Source of the DNA: the human T2T-CHM13v2.0 reference genome, Homo sapiens
Direction: 5' to 3' (one strand)
DNA: 64,000 nt
Assembly: GCF_009914755.1 (NCBI RefSeq)
Contig: NC_060925.1
Below are positions 28,250 through 38,475 of this stretch, one piece after another (position 1 is the first letter of the stretch; each line of letters begins with the position of its first letter). Both the position numbers and the translations under genes were made by a program. The notes below the pieces were generated by a model. That model did no database searches. It saw nothing but the letters and a program-made list of their open reading frames with translations, and was not told the origin of the DNA.

Positions 28250-30539
28250 AGATTCCTCTTTCTTAAAAGGAAAGTCTAATGATTTTAATCACACTAGGAA
28301 TTAGAAGTTTAAATGTAAAAATAAGATTTAAAAGATGCAATGTGTAAACTATATAAAGCATAAAAATGTTATTTCTCAGCCTACTAAAACAGTAACAATT
28401 ATATATGCAGGCAAGGCTGGTCTTTTGCTCTTCAGTGGCTTTAGTTAGTACTTGCCTAATACCTGAAGGTCACAGGGCATTTGTAAGCATGTAAGAGTTT
28501 TAATCATTTGTACTGTACTTTGATAAAGAAGGGTTCAGTGACTTGCCAGGCTTGCAGAATAGGTTTCCAAATCCTGAATATAACAGCTAGAGAATCTGAT
28601 TTATAATATGTTAATTCTCCGACTTGTTTTACTTACAAATTAGTTTGTAAAATGCCTTTCTAAATGTATCTTAAAGGAAGAATTCAGAATTAGGAGCTAA
28701 AACTTTATTCAAAGTCACCATGTTGTAATCACAATATTCACAAAGCATATGTGGTTATTTGTACCAAAAACTCTACCTGATTATCCAAATTGGTGTAGTG
28801 AACAGTTCCAACTCCGCTATTTTATAGGGCAATACTCTTTGAAAGTATAAACCAAATTCACATCTTCAAGTTCTAGAATATTAAAATAAGTGAATGCTAA
28901 AAGTTTTGATAAATATTCATAGACTTTTATATACTGAGCTGAGTTTAGTATTTCATGGTATTTCATAAAAATAGGAAAGTGGGGGTATGACATTTTAACA
29001 GTTTTTGAGTTATATATAGTATGAGCTTGCAAATATTTGTTATTGCTTCACAATTTTTGCAGAAAGAGATTAATTTCATACTAGATTGGTTCTATAGTGT
29101 TCATTGTAGAAAAGGGAATAAAATTAATGTGCTTAATCATAACCAACTAAATGTGATTTCTCAATCACTTTTCCTAGAGTGGTATCTCTGCCCTTCAGTT
29201 CACTGGGATGGTGACTTTCTAAAGTTGTCTGCCCGAATGTTGGCACCCGTGGCATCGGAACATTGTCCATGGGTTTTCTGGAACCTAGATTCAAATTTTA
29301 TCTTGAAGATACATGAATTTCTAATGTCAGTTAAGAAAACTAGCAACATTTGTGCTACAGAAAAGATAAATAAATTTATTAGCCTTCCCGTCACTTGTCA
29401 ACTGTGACTTACAATCAGTGTTTGAAAGGTCATAATGTTCATTAATATTAATAAGAACATCATAGATATTACCTTTCCTCCCCTTAAACCTGTACTCTAT
29501 AGCTGTTTAAGGAAGTTGGAAAACTTTTCAAAACATAGATTGTAATCATAGCATCATGATGTTCGGGGAAGTAAATGGTAACATCCTTTACCATTAAAAT
29601 TGCTTTTCAGAATAATCTATTGGAAACAATATTGTAGTGTGCCTCAGGATATTTATTCTTTCCACTAACTCATCTTTGTCAAGAATTATTTTACAAAGGA
29701 AATTTTTGAATAAACTTTTACTTCCTGCATGTCTGTGTTTTCTTTTTGCCCCTTTCCTTCTTGTAGTTAATAAAATATTTATATCAAAAGCTATTATTTC
29801 ATATGTGATGACATATTCTAAGAATTGGTAAACACAGTCTTAAATAGATTATCCATAGGTATTTGTTTTTGTCATATTCTCTGTTTTTAAGAAAACAATT
29901 TAAATTTTGAGGTTACGACTCAATGTTTACTTAAAAATGGAAGGATAGGAAGCTCTCAGGTAGAAAAGTATTGACTTTTCAAAGTTTTACATTCTGATTT
30001 TTAACATGTGCAACATGTTTACTCAAAGATCCCATTGCAAAGTGAAAAAGAAAGACATTGAGTTTGAAACTTTATGCTTAGAAGACGTATCATGACATGC
30101 TTTCCTAAGCTATATTATTTTAAAGATTTCTTCATTCATTCTGAGGTTAAGCCAATAAAGTTAATTTAGCAGAAAAGAGAAGAATTTTATAGACCTTGAC
30201 AATGCAGCCTGACTGAACAACTGCTAATTATTAATAGTTTTATTTAAAGTATTTGCTTAAATCTGAATATATGATAACATGGGTTAGTTAATTCCAGAAT
30301 GATGGATAGCAATGGGATTTGAAACTGGAGTTTAAAAATACATTTTCTTATGTTAAGATGAGTGAAAATCTGTTTTGATTGTCTTTTAGTCAGTAACTGA
30401 AATGAAAATCATTTTTAAAAAAACAAACCTATATCTTATTATCTGCCTTTATCTGTTTAGCAAGTCTAAATGTATTAACATTTATAGTGTAAATATTATG
30501 CTATTAACCTATCGATAATAAAACATTGCAGTCTTTAAA

Positions 30540-31130
30540 ATAACTTTTTATTGAAGTATAATAACAGATAAAAGAAAATTTGCAAATATTAATGTAGAAC
30601 TTAATGATTTTTCAAAAAATGGACATAACGAAGTAACCAGCACCCAGATTTAAAAAAGAACAAAAACGAACATTATCTGCATTTCAGAAACCCTCTTCCC
30701 CTTCACTGCCCTTTTCCAGTAACTACACTCTGAAAAGTAATCACTTTCCTGACTTTTAATGCCATAGTTTAGCTTTGCTTGTTTTGGAACTTTATGTATG
30801 TGGAATCATACAATACGAACTCTTTTCTGTCTAACTTTTTTTAGTCATCATTATGTTTGTGAGATTCATCCGTATCATTGCATTTAGGCATAGTTTAGTT
30901 TTCCATTCTCCCATTCTATTGTTGACGGTTATTTGAGTTGTTTCTAGTTTCCAGAAGGCCATTATGAATAGTGCTCCGTGTGAATCTTTTGAACTTTCTT
31001 GAACTTGTCTTTTAGTTAACGTACCTATGCACTTCTGTGAGTACACATCAAGGAGTAGAATTGTTGTGTTAGGATGCACATACATTCAGCTTTAATGGAT
31101 ACTGCCAAACAGCCTTCCAAGGTAGCATGA
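30540..31130 (-). mobile_element. Old L1M (L1ME-like) 3' fragment
   Basis: aactttttattgaagtataa, ggaatcatacaata and tttgtgagattcatcc. Confidence 0.75.
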
Positions 31131-31187
31131 GCATTAACTTTGAGTTGTTTTTATTCAATAAAGATCTTTCTTGTGATCAAGGGCAAG

Positions 31188-31228
31188 GTTTTGTTCTGTT
31201 TTGTTTTGTTTTGTTTTGTTTTGTTTTT
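31188..31228. repeat. (GTTTT)n microsatellite
   Basis: Read directly. Confidence 0.95.
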
Positions 31229-31449
31229 AGGTCGCAGATAATGGGTCAGATAAGAGTCCATGAATATGCAACAAAATGAAACTCATTTGGTGATTGGAAT
31301 GATTGACCTGATCTCTGAAGTTGCATACAGGCAGATTGAAAGCTAAGAACTGGACCTAAAAGCAGAGTCCCTTTAGTGCTTTTATGAGAGAAGTTACTAT
31401 GATGGGGAAAATCCAGCAAAGTATTTTCAGTCTTACAAAGAGCAATGTA

Positions 31450-31670
31450 GAGACGGTATGACATTTGAGTTAGGATATTGGACTTTTTAGTCAACCTTTC
31501 CTAGACAGCCTTGTTCAAGTTACTTGACCTATGTAAATCTCATTTTCTTTGTTTGTGTAATGAGACTAACAATACCTGTCTCTCAGGTTTAGTGTAAGAA
31601 TTAGATGAGATTATGATATCAAGTACTTAAGTACTCTGCCTACTATACAGTATTCAATTAATAATAACAT
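31450..31670 (+). mobile_element. MIR
   Basis: caagttacttgacct...ctcattttctttgtttgtgtaatgagactaacaatacct. Confidence 0.65.
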
Positions 31671-32314
31671 TGCCCTGCAGTCTGCTCCATCCATCTGTAT
31701 AGCCCATTTAGTTGCTTCTTAATTTCTTCAATTATCTAGGTTTCTAATCACCTTCCCCTCCATCACCCAGTGGTTGAGATGCTTCTTTGGTAAAAGCAAA
31801 ATTTTAAGTGAGTGACCTTAATGGAAGCTTAATTCTATTTCCTTTTTCAGTAGTGATTCAAATACTGCTCTAAAAGTGTTTTTTGCTTCTCCTCCACATT
31901 CTTTCAGAAGACATAAGGAAAATACTGGTATTTCTTTTAGTCTTCACAGAATAACTGACAGCCGGTGTTTGAAGTTGACTCTTCCCAGATAGTTCAATTT
32001 TTAGAGTACCAAATATGTTCAGCTTTATATAGTAACTTGGTATTTTCATGAAATTTAAGGAAATCGTTGACCCTTCAAATTAGAATGTATCTTCTGCTTC
32101 TCTTCTCTTCTCAGGATGTTGAAAAAATGACAGTACTACATTATTTGATTAAATATCACCAGGTATAATTCTCTCAAAGCAGTTTTCAGAAGTTGTTATC
32201 TGAAGAGTAGATTCATTATTTATTACACAATATTCTCCCTCCTTATCCCCATTCTCCCCCACAAAAAACTCATCAGAATGAGCTTAATACAAGCAAGATT
32301 AAGACTCTGACATA

Positions 32315-34883
32315 GGGGAGCTGGCAAGATGGCCAAATAGGAAGAGCTCTGGTCTGCAGCTCCCAATGAGACCAATGCAGAGGGTGGGTGATTTCTGCAT
32401 TTTCAACTGAGGTACCCGGTTCATCTCACTGGGACTGGTTAGACAGTGGGTGCAGCCCATGAAGGATTAACAGAAGCAGGGTGGGGCATCACCTCACCTG
32501 GGAAGCACAAGGGGTCAAGGAACTCCCTCCCCTAGCTGAGGGAAGCTGTAAAGTACTCTGCCATGAGGGACAGTGCTATCCAGCCCAGATACTACACTTT
32601 TCCCATGGTCTTCGCAACCTACAGACCAGGAGATTCCCTCGGGTGCCTGCACCACCAGGGCCCTGAGTTTCAAGCATAAAACTGGGCAGTCGTTTGGGCA
32701 GACACCAAGCTAGCTGCAGGAGTTTTTGTTTGTTTGTTTTGTTTTGTTTTGTTTTGTTTTTACCCCAGTGGTGCCTGGAATGCCAGTGAGACAGAACTGT
32801 TCACTCCCCTGGAAAGGGGGCTGAAGCCAGGGAGTTGAGTGGTCTGTCTCAGCAGAACCTACCCCCATGGCATCCAACAAGCTAAGATTCACTGGCTTGA
32901 AATTCTCACTGCCAGCACAGCATTCTGAAGTCAAGCTGGGATGCTTGAGCTTGGTGTGGGGAGAGGTGCTGCCATTACTGAGGCTTGAGTACGCAGTTTT
33001 CCCCTCACAGTGTAAACAAAGCCTCCAGGAAATTCGAACTAGTTGTGGAACCCACCGCAGTGCAGCAAAGCTGCTGTAGCCATAGCACCTCTCTAGATTC
33101 ATGCTCTCTGGGCAGGGCATCTCTGAAAGAAAGGCAGCAGCCCCAGTCAGAGGCTTATAGATAAAACTCCCATCTCCCTGGGACAGAGCACCTGGGGGAA
33201 GGGGTGGCTGTGGGCGCAGCTTCAGCAGACTTAAACATTCCAGCCTGCCAGCTCTGAAGAGAACAGTGGATCTCCCAGTACAGTGCTCGAGCTCTGCTAA
33301 GGGACAGACAGCCTCCTCAAGTGGATCCCTGATACCTATGCCACCTGACTGGGAGACACCTCTGAAGAGGGGTTGACAGATAACTCATACAGAAGAGCTC
33401 TGGCTGGCATCTGGCAGGTGCCCCTCTCTGATGAAGCTTCCAGAGGAAGGAACAGACAGCGATCTTTGCTGTTTTGAAGCCTCTGCTGGTGATATACCCA
33501 GGCAAACAGGTTCTGCAGTGGACCTCCAGCAAACTCCAGCAGACCTGCAAAAAGGGCCCTGACTATTAGAAGGAAAACTAGCAAACAGAAAGCAATAGTA
33601 TCAACATCAACAAAAAGGACACCCATGCAAAAATCCCATCTGAAGGTCACCAACATCAAAGACCAAAGATAGATAAATCCATGAAGATGAGGAAAAGCCA
33701 GCGCAAAAAGGCTGAAAATTCCAAAAACCAGAATGCCTCTTCTCCAAAGGATCACAACTCCTTGCCAGCAAGAGAATAGAACTGGATGGAGAATGAGTTT
33801 GTCGAATTGACATAAGTAGGCTTCAGAAGATTGGTAATAACAAACTCCTCTGAGCTAAAGACACAGTGCAAGGGAGCCAAAAACCTTGATAAAAGGTTAC
33901 AGAAACTGCTAACTAGAATAACTAGTTTAGAGAAGAACATAAATGACCTGATGGAGCTGAAAAACACAGCACGAGAACTTCGTGAAGCATACACAAGTAT
34001 CAATAGCCAAATTGATCAAGTGGAAGAAAGGATATCAGCGATTGAAGATCAACTTAATGAAATAAAACAGGAAGACAAGATTAGAGAACAAAGAATGAAA
34101 AGGAAGAAACAAAGCCTCCAAGAAATATGGGACTGGGAAAAGACCAAACCTACGTTTGACTGGTGTACCTGAAAGTGATGGGGAGAATGGAACCAAGTTG
34201 GAAAACACACTTCAGGATATTATCCAGGAGAACTTCTCCAACCTAGCAAGACAGGCCAATATTCAAATTCAGGAAATACAGAGAACACCACAGAGATACT
34301 ATTCCTTTGTGGAACCCCACAAAGAACAACCACAAGACAGATAATCATCAGATTCACCAATGTTGAAATGAAGGAAAAAATGTTAAGGGAAGCCAGAGAG
34401 AAAGGTCGGGTTACTCACAAAGGGAAGCCCATCAGACTAACAGTGGATCTCTCTGCAGAAACCCTGCAAGCTAGAAGAGAGTGGGGGCCAATTTTTAACA
34501 TTCTTAAAGAAAATAATTTTCAACCAGAATTTCATATCCAGCCAAACTAAGCTTCATAAGTGAAGGAGAAATAAAATCCTTTACAGACAAGCAAATGCTG
34601 AGGGATTTTGTCACCACCAGGCCTGCCTTACAAGAGCTCTTGAAGGAAGCACTAAATATGGAAAGACCAGTACCAGCCACTGCAAAAACAAAACAAATTG
34701 TAAAGACCATCAACACTATGAAGATACTGCATCAACTAATGGACAAAATAACCAGCTAGCATCATATGACAGTATCAAATTCACACATAACAAAATTAAC
34801 CTTAAATGTAAATAGGCTAAATACCCCAATTAAAAGACAGACTGGCAAATTGGATAAAGAGTCAAGACCCATTGGTGTGCTGT
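32315..34883 (+). mobile_element. L1PA (L1PA7/8-like) 5' UTR, disrupted ORF1 (~33687-34702) and first ~40 codons of ORF2; 3' part absent
   Basis: ggcaagatggccaaataggaa 5' start. ORF1p fragments ITSLEKNINDLMELKNTARELRE and GKPIRLTVDLSAETLQARREW. ORF2 start MTVSNSHITKLTLNVNRLNTPIKR at 34766. Confidence 0.93.
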
Positions 34884-35366
34884 GGAGCAGGGGGCGGTGC
34901 TCATCGGGGAGGCTCAGGCTGCGCAGGAGCCCACGGTGGCGGGGAGGCTCAGGCATGGCGGGCTGCAGGTCCCAAGCCCTGCCCCACAGGGAGGCAGCTA
35001 AAGCCCGGCGAGAAGTCGAGCACAGCAGCTGCTGGCCCAAACACAGCTTAGCAGTGCTAAGCCCCTCACTGTCTGGGGCCGGCAGGGCCAGCTGGCCGCT
35101 GTGAGTGCGGGGCCTGCCGAGCCCACGCCCACCCGGAACTCACGCTGGCCCGCAAGTGCCATGTACAGCCCCGGTTCCCACCTGCGCCTCTCCCTCCACA
35201 CCTCCCTGCAAGCTGAGGGAGCCAGCTCCAGCCTTGGCCAGCCCAGGAAGGGGCTCCCACAGTGCAGCGGTGGGCTGAAGGGCTCCTCAAGTGCCGCCAA
35301 AGTGGGAGCCCAGGCAGAGGAGGCACTGAGAGTGAGTGAGGGCTGCCGGCACGCTGTCACCTCTCA
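34884..35366 (-). mobile_element. LTR12C (ERV9) 5' ~480 bp
   Basis: The reverse complement begins TGAGAGGTGACAGCGTGCCGGCAGCCCTCAC, the LTR12C 5' terminus. GC/CpG-rich U3. Confidence 0.88.
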
Positions 35367-36613
35367 GAGGGAGAGGCGTGGGTGGGAACCGAGGCTGCGC
35401 ACAGTGCTTGCGGGCCAGAACGAGTTCCAGGTGGGCGCGGGCTTGGCGGACCCCGCACTCGGAGCGGCTGGCCTGCGCTGCTGGCCCTGGGCAGTGAGGT
35501 GCTTCGCACCCGGGCCAGCAGCTGTGGAGGGTGCACCAGTCCCCCAGCACTGCTGGCCCACCCGCACCACGCTCGAATTCTCGCCAGGCCTTAGCTGCCT
35601 CCCCATAGGGCAGGGTTCGGGACCTGCAGCCTGCCGTGCCCGAGTGCCCCCTGGCACTCCTGCCCTCCACGGGCTCCCGCACGCCCGAGCCTCCCTGACT
35701 GGCACTGCCCCCTACTCCGGGGGCCTGGTCACACCAACCGCCCAAGGGCTGAGGAGTGTGGGCACATGGCATGGGACTGGTGGGTACCTCCACCCATGGC
35801 CCTGGCACAGGATCCACTAGGCGAAGCCAGCTGAGCTTCTGAGTCGGGTGGGAACTTGGAGAACTTTTATGTTTAGCTAGAGGATTGTAAATGCACCAGT
35901 CAGCACTGTGTCTAGCTCAAGGTTTGTAAACACACCAATCAGTGCTCTGTGTCTAGATAATCTAGTGGGGACTTGGAGAACTTTTGTGTCTAGCTAAAGG
36001 ATTGTATATGCACCAGTCAGCACTTTGTGTCTAGCTCAAGGTTTGTAAACACGCCAGTCAGCACCCTGTCAAAACGGACCAATCGGCTCTCTGTAAAATG
36101 GACCAATCAGCTGTCTGTAAAACGGACCAATCAGCTCTCTGTAAAACAGACCAATCAGCAGGATGTGGGTGGGGCCAGATAAGAGAATAAAAGCAGGCTG
36201 CCCGAGCAGTCACCTTCCGGACTGTGGAAGCTTTGTTCTTTTGCTCTTTGCAGTAAATTTTGTTGCTGCTCAGTCTTTGGGTCCGCACTGCCTTTATGAG
36301 CTGTAAGACTCACTGCGAAGGTCTGCAGCTTCACTCCTGAAGCTAGTGAGACCACGAACCCACTGGGAGGGACGAACAACTCCAGACGCGCCACCTTTAA
36401 GAACTGTAACACTCACCGCGAAGGTCTGCAGCTTCACTTCTGAAGCCAGCGAGACCACGAACCCACCATAAGGAAGAAACTCCAGACACATCTGAACATC
36501 TGAAGGAGCAAACTGTGGACACACCATCTTTAAGAACTGTAACACTCACTGTGAGAGTCTGCGGCTTCATTCTTGAAGTCAGCGAGACCAAGAACCCACC
36601 AATTCCGGACACA
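35367..36613 (+). mobile_element. LTR12-family (ERV9) solo LTR lacking its first ~170 bp
   Basis: GC-rich U3, tandem (c)accaatcagc enhancer repeats, gagaataaaagcaggctg promoter box, U5 repeats (gcgaaggtctgcagcttcact) and terminus aattccggacaca. Confidence 0.92.
35860..36200 (+). promoter_or_regulatory. ERV9 LTR enhancer/promoter: CCAAT (NF-Y) repeat array and AATAAAA TATA-like box (36186-36192)
   Basis: At least five intact CCAATC motifs (about 35935, 36079, 36103, 36127, 36151). Several upstream copies are mutated to CCAGTC. Confidence 0.65.
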
Positions 36614-37090
36614 GTGGTTTTCCCCTGCAGTCAGGCTGCCCAGCAGTAGCTACTTTCTCTAAGAAGTTTTCCCTGATCACCCGTTCTTAAATGGATATAT
36701 CCTTTTCCTTTCTCTCTTAGCACCCCGTGGTTGGTGTTTATTTATTGACTTACTTACTTACTCCTCCAACCTCCCCAGCCAAACTTTGCGTCATTCCATC
36801 AGTCAGTGGCCTGCTGGTGTCTGCCAGTGCTTGCTGGTGTGCTCTTCTGCTGGTGTGTGTTCCTCCCAACGTCCAGCCGCTTGTGTCTGTGCCCCCAGGG
36901 TCTTGGGGATTTTATAGACACAAGATGGGGGCATGGCGGACCAGGGTGGTCTTGGGAAATGCAATATTTGGGGACGAAAACAGAAATGCCTCTCCTGATT
37001 TAGGTCCAATGGCACAGGCCCAGAGGTGGAGCCCTCACCAGGAGCCCCACCCTTCTGCTCCCAGCACTTCCTTGCCCCCATACTATATCA
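36614..37090 (-). mobile_element. MER52-like ERV1 LTR, 5' part, containing a templated insertion at 36647-36759
   Basis: gaaaacagaaatgcctctcct...ggtggagccctcaccagg...cccagcacttccttgccccc...tatca matches the recalled MER52 reverse complement. Confidence 0.7.
36647..36755 (+). repeat. Direct duplicate (~110 bp, ~95% identical) of 38209-38318
   Basis: Manual alignment gives 5 transitions and one 1-bp indel. Confidence 0.95.
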
Positions 37091-37326
37091 TTAAGACATA
37101 CATTGAAGTGCTATGTATCTCACTTCTAGAAGTAAAACAATGTCAATGAGATTAGAAGCTTTATATATACCTCTTCCTGACTACATCTTCTTTGGTCTTC
37201 CTCAGGAGAACCATTATGAAGAATTTAGTGTTAATCATTCCCATGCATGTCTGTTTTTTTTACTACATATGTATGTATCTCTGGACAATTTATAATTGAG
37301 AATATTTGAAAAATATTATTGCAGTC

Positions 37327-37752
37327 TGATATGGTTTTGATATTTGTCCCTTCCAGATCTCATGTTGAAGTGTAATCTCCATTGCTGGAGGTGAGGCCTT
37401 GTGGGAGGTATTGGATGATGGGGGCAGATCTTTCATGAATGGTTTAGCACCATCCCCTTGGCAATGAGTGAGTTCTTATTCTGAGTTCATGGGAGATATG
37501 GTTGTTTAGAAGACTGTGGCACCTTTCCCTCAAACCCTGCTCTCGTTTACTCTCTCACTGTATGATGTGCTGGCTCGCCCTTGTCCTTCCACTGTGATAG
37601 TAAGCTTCCTGAGGCCCTCACCAGCAGCAGATGCTGGCACTATGCTTTGTGTACAGCCTGAAGAACTGTAAGCCAAAATAAAACCTCTTTTGTTTATAAA
37701 TTACCCAGCTTCAGGTGTTCCTTTATAGCAAAGCATGAACCAGACTAACACA
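37327..37752 (+). mobile_element. MSTB-like ERVL-MaLR solo LTR
   Basis: tgatatggttt ... aaataaaacctcttttgtttataaattaccc ... gactaacaca. 5-bp TSD cagtc/cactc. Confidence 0.88.
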
Positions 37753-37769
37753 CACTCACTAGTTTATCA

Positions 37770-38475
37770 AGTCTACCTCCAAAATAGGTCTTGAACCTTT
37801 ATTCTTTCTCCAAGTCAGCATTATCTCCTATTCAGTAACTTCCTATCTGTTCTTCCCACTTGTCTTCCTGTCATTTTTTTCCCATTATTCTCCATAGCAT
37901 CCAGAGAGGATTTTGTAAAACACATAACCGATTACACTCCTCTACTGAAAACCCTTCTGTGGTTTCCCACTAAATAAAACTCACATTGTTTCATTTGGCC
38001 TGCAGTTATTCCCTTCCTTCCTCCCCAGTGGTATCCAAAGGTCAGCCTTTTTCCTGCTCTTTGTAGTGGAACACTGGTCTTCTTTTAGTTTCTGGAACAT
38101 TGAAAACATTTGTATATTTTTTAGGACAGCAGGGATGTTAATTTAAAAAAAAAAAGAAAAACATTTTTTCCTCTTTGTGCTTGGAATGAACTACTCACTC
38201 TACCTTGCTAGCTACTTCCTCTAAGAAATTTTCCCTGATCACCCATTCTTAAATGGATACATCCTTTTCCTTTCTCTCTTAGCACCCTGTGGTTGGTGTT
38301 TTATTTATTGACTTACTTTGTATTGCTTTTAAAATGCCTATTTCCCCCACCAGATTATAAATTTCTGAAAGGAAGAGCTATGTCTTTTTTGTGTGCAGCT
38401 GAATACCTAGTATCTAACTTTACATATGGTAGACATACTCAAAGTATCTGTTGAAGGAAAATAGGAATGAAGAAG
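37770..38475 (+). mobile_element. L2 3' region
   Basis: aaaacccttctgtggtttccca and atatggtagacatactcaaagtatctgttgaaggaaa (L2 tail). Confidence 0.7.

Noticed and set aside
29021-29407. 128-aa ORF in non-repeat DNA
   Set aside because: No recognisable domain or exon structure. The length is compatible with chance in 64 kb.
33687-34702. Functional L1 ORF1
   Set aside because: It is split across several frames by stops and frameshifts.
34762-35820. Cluster of long overlapping ORFs (up to 239 aa), including an L1 ORF2-LTR12C fusion ORF at 34766-35104
   Set aside because: GC-rich LTR12 U3 sequence is naturally poor in stop codons. ORF1 upstream is broken and there is no evidence of coding function.
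35860-36600. Repeat-spacer-like array resembling CRISPR
   Set aside because: These are the normal tandem U3 enhancer and U5 repeats of ERV9 LTR12 in primate DNA. There are no unique spacers or cas genes.
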